A stretch of 64,000 nucleotides of DNA from a virus, in the IMG/VR virus record IMGVR_UViG_3300027741_000001. One strand, written 5' to 3'. The notes below the pieces were generated by a model. The model searched no databases. It was not told the DNA's origin and saw only the letters and a list, made by a program, of their open reading frames with translations. This document shows, piece by piece, positions 43,008-53,412 of this stretch (position 1 is the first letter of the stretch; every line of letters starts with the position of its first letter). The position numbers and the translations under genes were made by a program.

Positions 43008-44016
43008 AAGTCAATGCCTCCGAAATAAGTTCTTCAACAACAAGCTTAGGAGTTCTCAAAATAAAAGCAGCGTTGTCTTGGACACCAAAACTAATCAATA
43101 AATCGTCTCCATACTTAGCAGCACCAGCAACAAACTCCACCCTTGCTTCTAAGAATGTAAGCGGTCTAGGAGATAACCCAATTAGGTTGAACTGCTCATC
43201 CCAAATAACTAATCGATGTCTGTAGATACCATCTTTTTGATCAAGATAGTTTTTGAACAAATCAACTTCGTGAGTGATTGCAATGTACACATTTCCCCAC
43301 CGAACAACTTGAGAACTACCACGTTGGTCTTTAAGTGGAGTAAGTCCTTGATTCAACATAACCTGCTCACATCTTGCTGGCAGCTCTGGATAAGTTCTAA
43401 CAACTTCAGTCGGAGATGTCCACTTCACAAAATGAAACGGTTTGTCAAGAATCGGCATCCAGTTCTTTTCGCAGTAAGAATTGTTTGCTCCAGGAGCAGG
43501 AATGCGAATACGAGATATTTCTTTTACTTCCCAAGTCTCCTCATTGATAGTAATCTCGCTAAGTTCCATACGACCCTCACCATGAGTTGTCGTATCTCTT
43601 CTAACTCCAATGATGTAGTATTTACCATCCCACTCAACGAGGCGACAATCTTCTTCACCAGTAAACTCCCATAAAGGTTGCACATCTAGTTCTGAAGTGT
43701 CAACCAGTCCGTGCCCAACCATAGACAAGTTTTCATCTAGCTTACAAATGTAGTTAGTTGTGCGAAGCGCTTGATCTTGCTCAGGGTGTAGGTAGGACAT
43801 CGGCCCCCACCTGCTGTTGAACCGTTGATTGTTTTCCGAATGATAAAGAGTGTAATTTACATGACGTAAATTTACAAAAATCTCATCTTTTGAATTAACA
43901 AAAACAGATGGATTCATAAGTCCAGTACCTGAAGTTAGTTCATCTGATATAATAATAATAGGAGCAATCCTGCCCCCCTGAAAAATCGATCTTTGAACCA
44001 AATTATTTGAAGTCAT
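42997..44016 (-). CDS. beta-propeller glycoside hydrolase/phosphorylase-like protein
   Basis: MNPS, GEEDCRL, CEKNWMP, VEFVAG, ISFGVQD. Confidence 0.75.
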   Translation of the reverse strand: MTSNNLVQRSIFQGGRIAPIIIISDELTSGTGLMNPSVFVNSKDEIFVNLRHVNYTLYHSENNQRFNSRWGPMSYLHPEQDQALRTTNYICKLDENLSMVGHGLVDTSELDVQPLWEFTGEEDCRLVEWDGKYYIIGVRRDTTTHGEGRMELSEITINEETWEVKEISRIRIPAPGANNSYCEKNWMPILDKPFHFVKWTSPTEVVRTYPELPARCEQVMLNQGLTPLKDQRGSSQVVRWGNVYIAITHEVDLFKNYLDQKDGIYRHRLVIWDEQFNLIGLSPRPLTFLEARVEFVAGAAKYGDDLLISFGVQDNAAFILRTPKLVVEELISEALTYEF

Positions 44017-44165
44017 TTATACCTACTCTTTAATGTGTTCAGTATATCAAAGTATCATATTTATCCACTAAAATATGATTTAAATAGTAAAAATCAGATA
44101 AAATTAAGTACGATAGAATTATTTAGCAAGTAAAATAAATACAAACTACAAACTAAGGAAGACAA

Positions 44166-44351
44166 ATGGCTGAACAAGACCAAATTGAACTAATCGGAAA
44201 TGTACTAAACATTACCCGTGAACAACTAACTCGCTCTATGAATCTAAACGCAGAACTTGAAGCCCTTCTTGGTGCCGAAAGATCTAAAGTTGCAGAACTA
44301 GAAAAGCAGCTAGCTGAACTCACTGGAAAAGAATCTAAAGATAAAAAGTAA
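44166..44351 (+). CDS. small coiled-coil protein
   Basis: RBS, heptad pattern. Confidence 0.7.
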   Translation: MAEQDQIELIGNVLNITREQLTRSMNLNAELEALLGAERSKVAELEKQLAELTGKESKDKK

Positions 44352-44354
44352 CCC

Positions 44355-44831
44355 ATGAGCACTTTTGAAGTTAAAGATGGAGCTAGAACGCTTCAATTTA
44401 ACGGCAAGCTGCTTGGAAAATCTAGCTCTTACAAACGTGGATCCAATCGATGGATAGAGTTTGCACTCTATAAAACCGAGAGCGGATCTTACGTTTTGTC
44501 TAGAGTAGGTATCTCCTTAATCTTTCACGGTGCAGCATGTCCGTTAGTTAAAAGATATGATCTACATGAAATAGACTACAATCTTTTAACTAAATCATCT
44601 ACTCCGTGTGAACAATGTAGACCAACTCAAGAAGCTGAATTAGTTTTTCCAGAAAAAGATCGTTTTTGGGCTCAAGTTAGTGCTGAAGCTAGTGCTATCC
44701 TAGATGCATTGTACAAATACGACGAGAATGGATCGAAGTACCTAACTTATGTTGCTCAGAATCTTCTTGAAAATGCTGGTAAAAACGACACAGGGATTGA
44801 AAAAATCTATAAATTTGAAATTATTCCATAA
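44355..44831 (+). CDS. hypothetical protein
   Basis: LQFNGKLLG.SSS...RWIEFALYKT.SG.YVL. Confidence 0.8.
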   Translation: MSTFEVKDGARTLQFNGKLLGKSSSYKRGSNRWIEFALYKTESGSYVLSRVGISLIFHGAACPLVKRYDLHEIDYNLLTKSSTPCEQCRPTQEAELVFPEKDRFWAQVSAEASAILDALYKYDENGSKYLTYVAQNLLENAGKNDTGIEKIYKFEIIP

Positions 44832-44841
44832 ATCTACTAGT

Positions 44842-45087
44842 ATGTCTGATATGGATAATAATCAGACTGAAGTTTTTTCAATACCCCACATGGACATGGT
44901 TGCTATAGAGCTCCACGAGATGTATCAATCTTTACAACGTGGAGGGTTTACTGAAAAAGAAGCAACTCATATAGTTGGAATGACTGTAGCTTTTGGAGCT
45001 ATGCTTCCAAATAAAGATATGCGTGATTCCCCGGAAACTCCTCCAATGGATTTTGATGATCCAGATGATGGATTAGATCTAATTTAA
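44842..45087 (+). CDS. hypothetical protein
   Basis: ELHEMYQSL..GGFTE.EA. Confidence 0.7.
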   Translation: MSDMDNNQTEVFSIPHMDMVAIELHEMYQSLQRGGFTEKEATHIVGMTVAFGAMLPNKDMRDSPETPPMDFDDPDDGLDLI

Positions 45088-45107
45088 AAATAAATACAAG
45101 GACGAAA

Positions 45108-46931
45108 ATGACAAATGGATTAAATGATGTACAACTTCATCTAGTCGATAGCGTAGAATCTGCCGGTAAGTTTATTACTTGGCTAGGAGAACGTCGACCA
45201 CACGATGCAATTGCTATTGATACTGAAACAGGCGAACGCGAAGGACGCCCACGATCAGATGCACTATCACCATGGCATGGAGATTTAAGATTAGTTCAAG
45301 TCGGCGATGGTATGACTGGATGGGCTATCCCATGGAATGAATGGGGTGGCGTGTTCTACGAAGCAATGGATAGATTTGACGGTCAAATAGTTTGCCACAA
45401 TATTGCCTTTGAAGCTAAATGGTTTGAGATCAGATCTCGTTGGAGTATGCCTTGGCATAGATCACACGACACAATGATTATGGCTCAACTTATTGATCCA
45501 CTAGGTTCAGGTGCCTTAAAAAAACTTACGTCTCAGTATGTAGATTCAAAAGCTGCTGCACTGCAATCACATTTAGATGAAGAACTTCATAAGAATGGCT
45601 GGACCTGGGGAACAGTGCCAACTAACTTTCAACCCTACTGGTCTTATGGTGCCCTTGACACGGTGCTCACTATGCGTCTCTTTGAAAAATTTTGGGAGAA
45701 GTGCGGTCCTGGACAACCTTACTCACAGGCATACGAGCTTGAAATGGCTGCACGTAAGATCGTAACCCGCATGGAACTCAATGGTGCTCGTATTGACCTT
45801 GACTACTCACGTAGGAAATATGATGAATTAACTGCTTACTCCGAGTCTGTAAAAGACTGGGCTAAGGGTATGTATGGTGGAACTTCAATTGCAAGTAACG
45901 TGCAGCTAGTAAGACTTCTTGAGACCCTAGGTGCAGAGATCACAGATTTTACTCCCTCCGGGCAGAAGTCTGCATCAGCAGATCAGCTTAAGAAACTAAT
46001 TATTGACGGCAATCCTCAGGTTAGAGAGCTATCAGAGATCGTTCTTAAACAAAGGAAAGCTGACAAACTTGCTAGTACTTATTTTCTAAACTTTATTAAT
46101 GACAACGTGAATGGTTTTGTACACCCGTCTGTAAAAACAATGGGTGCCCGTACTGGACGTATGTCAATCACAGCTCCGGCTCTTCAAACCTTGCCTAAGG
46201 GAGATGACACCGTACGTCGTGCATTTTTGCCTAAAGATGATGACCATGTAATTATTACTTCGGATCTCGATCAGGTTGAATTCCGTATGTTTGCATCTCT
46301 ATCTAAAGACCCAAACTTAATCAATCTATTTAATCTTGCTGATGCAACTGGCTCTGACCCGTTCACCGAAATCGGCCGTGAGATCTACCAAGACCCATCA
46401 ATGGTTAAGTCAGATAAGCGTCGTAACCTGATTAAGGGTGTAGTTTATGGTCGTCTCTACGGTGCAGGTGTAGCTAAACAAGCTCTTACCGCTGGTGTTC
46501 CAGAAGAGCAGATGCGTTCTGTATCAAATGCTTTTGATGATAGATTCCCCGGAATGATTTCGTTTCAAAAAGAAATTGAAGACATCGGTATGCGTAGACT
46601 TCGTGAAGAGGGTCAGGGATATGTTCACACATGGACTGGACGTCGCTTGCCTTGCGATGAAGACCGTGTATATACTTTGGTTAACTATCTGATCCAAGGT
46701 GGAGCAGCTGAAGTTTTCAAAGCTAATTTGATTAAACTTGACAAAGCTGACTTAACCGACTATCTTATTGTTCCAGTACATGACGAAATCGTTCTCAATG
46801 CACCACGTGGTGAAGCTGAAGAAATTAAACAGCTAGTTCGTGAATGCATGACAACCCGAGACGGCTGGGCAGTCCCCCTAACTGCTGATGTAGATGGTCC
46901 ACTAAACAACTGGGGAGAAAAATACAAATAA
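45108..46931 (+). CDS. polA: family A DNA polymerase with 3'-5' exonuclease
   Basis: DTET, HNIAFE, TGRMS, SDLDQVEFR, KGVVYGRLYG, VHDE. Confidence 0.96.
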   Translation: MTNGLNDVQLHLVDSVESAGKFITWLGERRPHDAIAIDTETGEREGRPRSDALSPWHGDLRLVQVGDGMTGWAIPWNEWGGVFYEAMDRFDGQIVCHNIAFEAKWFEIRSRWSMPWHRSHDTMIMAQLIDPLGSGALKKLTSQYVDSKAAALQSHLDEELHKNGWTWGTVPTNFQPYWSYGALDTVLTMRLFEKFWEKCGPGQPYSQAYELEMAARKIVTRMELNGARIDLDYSRRKYDELTAYSESVKDWAKGMYGGTSIASNVQLVRLLETLGAEITDFTPSGQKSASADQLKKLIIDGNPQVRELSEIVLKQRKADKLASTYFLNFINDNVNGFVHPSVKTMGARTGRMSITAPALQTLPKGDDTVRRAFLPKDDDHVIITSDLDQVEFRMFASLSKDPNLINLFNLADATGSDPFTEIGREIYQDPSMVKSDKRRNLIKGVVYGRLYGAGVAKQALTAGVPEEQMRSVSNAFDDRFPGMISFQKEIEDIGMRRLREEGQGYVHTWTGRRLPCDEDRVYTLVNYLIQGGAAEVFKANLIKLDKADLTDYLIVPVHDEIVLNAPRGEAEEIKQLVRECMTTRDGWAVPLTADVDGPLNNWGEKYK

Positions 46932-47398
46932 TGACAAGAGTAATACTTTCAGTAGATCCAGGTAAAGCTAGCGGTATTGCTTTATTTGAAGTTAAACCTG
47001 ATTCCGAGCCAGAACTACTTTGGTCTGGAGAGTACCAACAACATGAATATGCATTTCCTATCCGCAAAGCTTTTAACTATGCACAATCTAGAGAAACTAG
47101 GTTAGAAGTGGTATGTGAAAGATTTACAATCAATGCTCAGACTGTGAAAAACTCTCAGGCTCCATATTCTTTGGAACAAATTGGAATTTTAAAGCAGGTT
47201 ATGTTAGACTTTGGCCGTGACCCAGAGGATATCTATTTCCAATCCCCAGCCGACGCTAAAGCTATGTTTAACAACGAAAAGATCAGAATCTTGGACTTTT
47301 GGCATCGAGGCGGGGAGGGACACGCCCTAGACGCAATACGACACGGATTGCTAAGATTAGCAAAAAGTGGCTGGATTCCAAGAAAATTACTAAAATAA
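46931..47398 (+). CDS. RuvC-like Holliday junction resolvase
   Basis: ILSVDPG..SG, VCE, HALDAIRH. Confidence 0.8.
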   Translation: MTRVILSVDPGKASGIALFEVKPDSEPELLWSGEYQQHEYAFPIRKAFNYAQSRETRLEVVCERFTINAQTVKNSQAPYSLEQIGILKQVMLDFGRDPEDIYFQSPADAKAMFNNEKIRILDFWHRGGEGHALDAIRHGLLRLAKSGWIPRKLLK

Positions 47399-47402
47399 TC
47401 AG

Positions 47403-47452
47403 AGATACTATTGACTTTTTTAAATAAAGTTTTAAAATATCTGATAGTATCT
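47403..47452 (+). promoter_or_regulatory. 50-bp inverted-repeat element ahead of helicase operon
   Basis: about 44/50 identical to 14824-14873. Confidence 0.8.
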
Positions 47453-47480
47453 ATTTACATAACGACAGAAAGAAAGCTTA

Positions 47481-49295
47481 ATGCCTGTAACAGTTGAGTT
47501 AAATGAGACAGGATCTCATATCAACATCTTCGCCGATTGGCGATTTAAAGAACTTTGCAAGAGTGTGCCAGGGTCTAGTTATGATGCAAAGACATCGACT
47601 TGGCGTGTCCAGGCTTCCTGGGCTACATGCCTAGCACTTCGCTCTACCTTTAAAAATGATCTAGTTATTGGAGAACGTTTACAAGCATGGGCCATTGAAG
47701 AACGTGCAAATAGAATTGACCCATCTAATGCTCTACGCGATTTAGAAGAACTTCCAGATGGTGAAGGGGACTTAGATCTATTTCCTCACCAGAGAGCTGG
47801 AGTTAAGTTTTTAACTACTGCACGTCGTGCACTTCTTGCTGACGAGCCAGGTCTAGGTAAAACCGCTCAAGCTATTCGTGCCTTAAAAACTATGCAGGAT
47901 CAAGGCCAGGATGTTTTTCCAGCTTTGATTGTTTGCCCAAATACTCTTAAAAAGAACTGGCAACGAGAATTTACTAAGTGGTGGCCTGAGGGTGGACCAG
48001 TTATACAAGTTATCAAAGGATCTGCGGCACAGCGTCGCAAGCAGTTTGAAGAGCCAGCAGATGTCTACATCATTAACTGGGAATCTTTACGTTCTCACTC
48101 ACGCTTAGCTCCTTACGGATCTGTAGCACTTGCCCGTTGTGTGGCTTGCGGCGGACACGATGATCGTGTATCTGAAAACCGTTGCGAAGTGCACAAGCGT
48201 GATCTAAACTTGATTGACTTCAAAGCAGTCATTGCCGATGAAATGCACCGCTCAAAGGAGCCTAAATCCAAGCAGACCCGTGCTTTATGGGCAGCTACCG
48301 GAGATGCTGACATTCGTTTCGCACTTACTGGTACACCAATTGCCAATAACGTTCTCGACATGTGGGCAATCCTGCACTGGATTTCCCCAGAAGAGTGGCC
48401 TAGCAAAACCAAGTGGATTGATCGCATGGTAGACACTATGATCAATGCTTTTGGTGGAATGATGGTTCTTGGAGTAAAGCCTCATATGGCTGACGAGTTC
48501 CATGCAACCATCAACCCTCGTATGCGTCGTATGCTTAAGGCTCGTGTACTTCCTTGGCTACCAGAGATGATGTTTGAACGTCGTGACGTCGAGATGTCAG
48601 CTAAGCAAAAGAAAGCTTACGAGCAAATGCGTGACAACATGATTGCTGAAGTAGAAAACGGTGATGCAGTAGTTGCACCTAGCGTATTAACCCAAGCAAT
48701 AAGACTTTCTCAGTTTGCTAGTTCTTTTGCAGAAGTTGTTATAGATGAAGCTACCGGAGAACCTAAGACAATTTTGGCAGAGCCATCCTGTAAAGTAGAT
48801 GCTGTTATGGATGACATTAAAGAGGGCGACTTTGGAGATGACTCAGTGGCAGTCTGCGCTGTGTCCCGCCAATTGATTGATCTTCTTAGTGCAAAAATGA
48901 CTAAAGAAGGAATTGCACACGGTCTAATTACTGGTGCTCAAAATGAAGATGAACGTCAAAAAGCTATTGATGATTTTCAAGCTGGACGTATTAAATGGAT
49001 CTTGTTTACAGCTCAAGCCGGCGGTGTTGGTGTCACCTTGACAGCAGCTCGCAGACTTGTTATGCTACAAAGACCATGGTCACTAGTTGATCACAAACAA
49101 GCTCTAGATCGTATTCACAGAATCGGTTCAGAGATCCACGATTCAGTGGTTGTGATGGATTATGTTACTGAGGGATCAATCGAAGAGCGTGTCATCCAAG
49201 TTCTTGAAACTAAGGCTGATAACTTTGAACAGATTGTTCGAGATAAAGACAAACTACTACAGTTGCTAAAAGACGACAAGGCAGGTAAGCTATAA
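47481..49295 (+). CDS. SNF2-family helicase
   Basis: DEPGLGKT, DEMH, ALTGTP, QALDRIHRIG. Confidence 0.93.
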   Translation: MPVTVELNETGSHINIFADWRFKELCKSVPGSSYDAKTSTWRVQASWATCLALRSTFKNDLVIGERLQAWAIEERANRIDPSNALRDLEELPDGEGDLDLFPHQRAGVKFLTTARRALLADEPGLGKTAQAIRALKTMQDQGQDVFPALIVCPNTLKKNWQREFTKWWPEGGPVIQVIKGSAAQRRKQFEEPADVYIINWESLRSHSRLAPYGSVALARCVACGGHDDRVSENRCEVHKRDLNLIDFKAVIADEMHRSKEPKSKQTRALWAATGDADIRFALTGTPIANNVLDMWAILHWISPEEWPSKTKWIDRMVDTMINAFGGMMVLGVKPHMADEFHATINPRMRRMLKARVLPWLPEMMFERRDVEMSAKQKKAYEQMRDNMIAEVENGDAVVAPSVLTQAIRLSQFASSFAEVVIDEATGEPKTILAEPSCKVDAVMDDIKEGDFGDDSVAVCAVSRQLIDLLSAKMTKEGIAHGLITGAQNEDERQKAIDDFQAGRIKWILFTAQAGGVGVTLTAARRLVMLQRPWSLVDHKQALDRIHRIGSEIHDSVVVMDYVTEGSIEERVIQVLETKADNFEQIVRDKDKLLQLLKDDKAGKL

Positions 49296-49297
49296 AA

Positions 49298-50260
49298 ATG
49301 AATGACGAAACTACACAAGAAGTAAAGCCATACCGTCTCTCTAACTCAGAGATTCAGGTATTCAAAGATTGCAGACGTAAGTGGTGGCTAAACTACTACA
49401 GACGTCTCATGCCAAAGAAAAGAGACTACACCGGTGCTTTAGCCCTTGGATCTCGTATCCACGAAGCTCTAGACCAGTATTACTCTTCTAACGGCACAGT
49501 GGACCTCCTAGAGGCTCATGCTGCCCTTGTAAAAAAGGATATGGAAACTTTAGTCGCAGAATATCGCGACACCTCAGATCTTGAATCCGAGGCCGAACTA
49601 GGACGAATCATGCTTGAAGGATATCTTCAGTGGATGGATGACGAGGGTATCGACGCTGAGCTAGAAATGATTTCTACTGAAGAGATTATTGAAATGCCAA
49701 TGTTTGATGGAGAAGTTATTCTTCAAGGAAAGCTCGATATGCGTGTTCGTCGTAAGATCGATGGCGTTCGTATGTTCCGTGACTTCAAGACTGTTGGTGG
49801 ATCTTTTGCAGATTTTGCAAACCAGGCTCAAATGAATGAGCAGATTCTTACTTACATGATGCTAGAACACGCTCAAAATAAATCACCGGAAGAACGTTCC
49901 GAGGGTGGTATCTTTACTATGCTTAAAAAAGTAAAACGTACAGCTAATGCTAAACCACCGTTTTACGAGCAAATTGAAGTTCGACACAACGTATTTACAA
50001 TGCGTGCTTTTTGGCAACGTATTCATGGTACAGTTGCAGATCTAATGACTGTTAAGAAATCTCTTGATGCAGGTCAGGATCCTAATTTTGTCGCTTACCC
50101 ACGTCCTACCAAGGACTGCAAGTGGAAGTGCCAGTTCTACACTATCTGCCCAATGATTGATGATGGTTCATCAGCAGAAGCAGCTATTGAAGATATGTAT
50201 GAGGTCTCCGACCCATACGGATATTACAAATCACAAGACGAAAAGAAAGGTAGTGACTAA
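49298..50260 (+). CDS. PD-(D/E)xK Cas4/RecB-like exonuclease
   Basis: CRRKWW, GSRIHEAL, GKLD...DFKT, CKWKCQFYTIC. Confidence 0.9.
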   Translation: MNDETTQEVKPYRLSNSEIQVFKDCRRKWWLNYYRRLMPKKRDYTGALALGSRIHEALDQYYSSNGTVDLLEAHAALVKKDMETLVAEYRDTSDLESEAELGRIMLEGYLQWMDDEGIDAELEMISTEEIIEMPMFDGEVILQGKLDMRVRRKIDGVRMFRDFKTVGGSFADFANQAQMNEQILTYMMLEHAQNKSPEERSEGGIFTMLKKVKRTANAKPPFYEQIEVRHNVFTMRAFWQRIHGTVADLMTVKKSLDAGQDPNFVAYPRPTKDCKWKCQFYTICPMIDDGSSAEAAIEDMYEVSDPYGYYKSQDEKKGSD

Positions 50261-50262
50261 GC

Positions 50263-51021
50263 ATGTCAGATGTACAGCGTTCACTAACTATCATGGTCTA
50301 TGGCGAATCAAAGGTTGGTAAATCAACTTTTGCAGTCACAGCACCGTACCCTCGCCTTATGCTAGACGTTGAGGGTGGACACAGATTCCTCCCAATTAAC
50401 GTAAAGTATTGGGACCCAATGCGCGAAGAGCCACCTGTGGCTGACGGCACCTGGGACACCGTAGTTGTCACTGTACGTGACTACGACGTAGTTCTAAAAG
50501 CTTTCCAGTGGTTACAAGCAGGTAAGCACCAGTTCAAGTCATTGATCATTGACTCCATTTCGGAGCTTCAGGTTAAATGCATGGATAACATCGCCGGTAC
50601 CGAGCAGATGAAGATGCAACAGTGGGGCGAACTACTTCGCCACATGGGTGCTCTACTTCGTGACTTGCGTGACCTTACAATGCATCCAACTCAACCTCTC
50701 GAGGCTGTAGTCCTAACTGCAATGGCACGTGCTGATCAGAATGGTCATATGAAGCCTTACTTGCAGGGTCAACTTGCAGTTCAAGCTCCGTACTTCTATG
50801 ATGTATTAGGTGCTATTGCAATTGAAAATATTCCAAATCCAGATCCTACTCAGCTGCCTTACAAGGCACGCCGTATGTACGTGGAACGTACGGACAAGTA
50901 TGATGCTGGAGAGCGTGTTCAAGGCCGATTGGGTTCCATTGTGGAACAGCAAGATCTTGGTGTTGAACGTATGCTCGACATGATTTTCGGTCCACAGACC
51001 GAGAAAAAGAAGTCGGCTTAG
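50263..51021 (+). CDS. AAA_24/Sak4-like recombination ATPase
   Basis: GESKVGKS, LDVEGG, IIDS. Confidence 0.88.
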   Translation: MSDVQRSLTIMVYGESKVGKSTFAVTAPYPRLMLDVEGGHRFLPINVKYWDPMREEPPVADGTWDTVVVTVRDYDVVLKAFQWLQAGKHQFKSLIIDSISELQVKCMDNIAGTEQMKMQQWGELLRHMGALLRDLRDLTMHPTQPLEAVVLTAMARADQNGHMKPYLQGQLAVQAPYFYDVLGAIAIENIPNPDPTQLPYKARRMYVERTDKYDAGERVQGRLGSIVEQQDLGVERMLDMIFGPQTEKKKSA

Positions 51022-51068
51022 ATCCCTAGCCGATTAAACCCTAAATAATAACTATAGGAGTTATAAAT

Positions 51069-51608
51069 ATGAGTACTCTCAACTGGGGCGACCTAGTCAA
51101 AGATGCTGGCGAAACTGCAAGTGGCGGTAATTACGAACCACTTCCAGATGGCGACTATGACCTAAAGGTCATCGAAGCTTCCGCAACCACTTCACAGAGT
51201 GGCAAAACCATGTTCAAGATCACTACCGAAGTTCAGGGTGGCGCAAACAACAAGCGTCGCGTCTGGGATAACCTGGTGATCAGTCCGGAGAGCTCAAACG
51301 CTCTAGGCATCTTCTTCTCGAAGATGGCTGCTCTTGGGCTCCCTCGTGAGTTTTTCACGAACAACAACCCAACTAACGCACAGATTGAATCAGCCTTGAT
51401 CGGCCGTACTTTCCGTGCTCAAATTGGATCACGTACTTGGAACGGTAGCAAGCGTAACGAACTAAAGCGTTACTACGTTCAGCAGACTGCTGGAACTATT
51501 CCTGCTCAGGCAAGTACACCACCTGCTCCACCTGCTCCACCTGCTCCACCTGCTCCAAGCACTGCTGGAGTAGCAGTTCCACCGGCCCCACCTGCAGCTC
51601 CGTTCTAG
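51069..51608 (+). CDS. DUF669-like single-stranded DNA-binding protein
   Basis: YEPLPDGDY, SGK.M, Pro-rich tail ending PF. Confidence 0.85.
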   Translation: MSTLNWGDLVKDAGETASGGNYEPLPDGDYDLKVIEASATTSQSGKTMFKITTEVQGGANNKRRVWDNLVISPESSNALGIFFSKMAALGLPREFFTNNNPTNAQIESALIGRTFRAQIGSRTWNGSKRNELKRYYVQQTAGTIPAQASTPPAPPAPPAPPAPSTAGVAVPPAPPAAPF

Positions 51609-51619
51609 TCTGTAGTAAT

Positions 51620-51651
51620 TGCGGGGGCATTAGGTAAAACTAGTGCCCCCA
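51620..51651 (+). terminator. stem-loop after SSB
   Basis: GGGGGCATTAG/CTAGTGCCCCC. Confidence 0.55.
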
Positions 51652-51667
51652 CTAATTAAAGGTTTAC

Positions 51668-52684
51668 ATGTCAAAAATTTTATTAACTGGTATGACTGCA
51701 CCTCAGTCTTCTTTAAATGCCAATACAAGAAATTTAAGTTTTTCTTCAACTATTAACATGGCACTTCAAAATTCTGGCCATACCGTAGTTTGGGCAGATC
51801 CTAAGATCGACATAACAAAAGACGAATTAGATTCGTACGACTCCGTAATTGTAGGTATTGCACCGGTTACCAGCCTTAGTGCAAATAAAATATACGGAGC
51901 TTTAAATATAATCAATCTTCTCTGGAGCTCAGATAAACTTAACCTACTTATAGATGCTCCAAACGTATCTCAAATAACAACTTCTTTAAGATCTGTAAAA
52001 AATAATCCAGACACTTTAACTAAAGATTTTTTCTCAAATAAAAAAGGCTATTCTTCTGTAGTAAATAATCAATTATTAAAGACAAGTATTTTAAAAGCTA
52101 TAGATTTATTGCTGGAACAAGATTGGCCTACCACACTTGTACCTGTATTACCTTGGAAACAGAACTATTCAGATAAAGAATTAAATCTTCCAAAATCAGC
52201 AAAGAAATCAATAACTTATTTAAATTTAGATTCCCATTTAATTGAAGATCCAATTAATTCATTAGATAAAATATATAAGTGGTCCGCAGATCAACCAGAA
52301 TCAACTTGGACTAAAAAGATCTCAAAGACTATAGAACTTCCAATCTCTCCAGTAAAAATAAATAAAGGATCAACAGATAGAGATGCATTATCTCAAATCT
52401 CCAGATCTGTGGGGATACTACTATCTCCATATAAAAATGAAGGCACATGGTGGTCATATAGATATGTGCAGTCGATCAATAGTCTAACCCCCATAGCAAC
52501 ACTGTGGGAAGAGTCAGGATCTCTTGGATCAGAGTGGAATATACTTGCTGCAGCATTAGAATCTATGTCTGAAGAAAAAAGAACTCTAGTAGCAATAGCT
52601 CAAAGAGAGAGTTATATAGCTAAGATACCAAACAAAAAACAGTCAATAAAGATGCTTGAAAAAGCATTAAAACTAGTAGATTAA
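51668..52684 (+). CDS. putative glycosyltransferase-like protein
   Basis: KILLTG...ALQNSGHTV.W, GTWWSYRY; family assignment from recollection only. Confidence 0.55.
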   Translation: MSKILLTGMTAPQSSLNANTRNLSFSSTINMALQNSGHTVVWADPKIDITKDELDSYDSVIVGIAPVTSLSANKIYGALNIINLLWSSDKLNLLIDAPNVSQITTSLRSVKNNPDTLTKDFFSNKKGYSSVVNNQLLKTSILKAIDLLLEQDWPTTLVPVLPWKQNYSDKELNLPKSAKKSITYLNLDSHLIEDPINSLDKIYKWSADQPESTWTKKISKTIELPISPVKINKGSTDRDALSQISRSVGILLSPYKNEGTWWSYRYVQSINSLTPIATLWEESGSLGSEWNILAAALESMSEEKRTLVAIAQRESYIAKIPNKKQSIKMLEKALKLVD

Positions 52685-52692
52685 GGATAAAT

Positions 52693-53112
52693 ATGAAGGT
52701 AAATATGGACTGGGTTAAATACCAGTTAGGAAATTTAAATGTTCGAATGGGTAACGGTAATGCTGTAATTCACCTATTAAATGCTTGGAAAGAACTTCCA
52801 GAGTTTAAGCGTGAGGATGCAGAACAAATAGCTAACTTATTTATGCATCTTGCTTTAGAGCATTCATTAGTACCACCTCCAAAAGATGAAGTATATGTTC
52901 AAGCAGAACGAGGCTTTTTAAAAGTTAGAGACATTGTTAGAGTAAAGAATGATGCTTTTGCAGGAGATCTTGGGATGATCCATAATGGACGTCCAGGAGT
53001 TATTGTAGCTATCAGATCAGGAGACATCATTGTGGATCTTACAGATCTAGAAAACCCTCCAATTAAATCAGCTCACTATCAACCAGAACACCTATTGAAA
53101 AGAGTTCAGTAA
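52693..53112 (+). CDS. SH3/KOW-like hypothetical protein
   Basis: VRVKNDAF.G.LG.IHNGR.G.IVAIRSGD. Confidence 0.75.
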   Translation: MKVNMDWVKYQLGNLNVRMGNGNAVIHLLNAWKELPEFKREDAEQIANLFMHLALEHSLVPPPKDEVYVQAERGFLKVRDIVRVKNDAFAGDLGMIHNGRPGVIVAIRSGDIIVDLTDLENPPIKSAHYQPEHLLKRVQ

Positions 53113-53330
53113 TGCGTACAACATTTGAACTAGAGTTTGAAGCCTCGGATCTGTACGAATCTCAAGCTGTAGCATTAAACCAGGCTGCAGACTTTTTAAA
53201 GATAGATGTCACTGAAGTGTCTGAAAAACTATCCATAGAGTTTAAAGTTAAAAACTCAGAAACTAAAGATAAGTTTAAAGTTACAGCTCATATTCAAGTA
53301 AAAATCGGAATATCTTTAAATTCATTATAA
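53112..53330 (+). CDS. hypothetical protein
   Basis: coupled 72-aa ORF. Confidence 0.65.
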   Translation: MRTTFELEFEASDLYESQAVALNQAADFLKIDVTEVSEKLSIEFKVKNSETKDKFKVTAHIQVKIGISLNSL

Positions 53331-53412
53331 TAAAATAACTATAAATAGACTGGCGTTTTCCACACATTTTATCTAAAATACTTGTACACTTATCTTGTGA
53401 AGTTGATTATTT

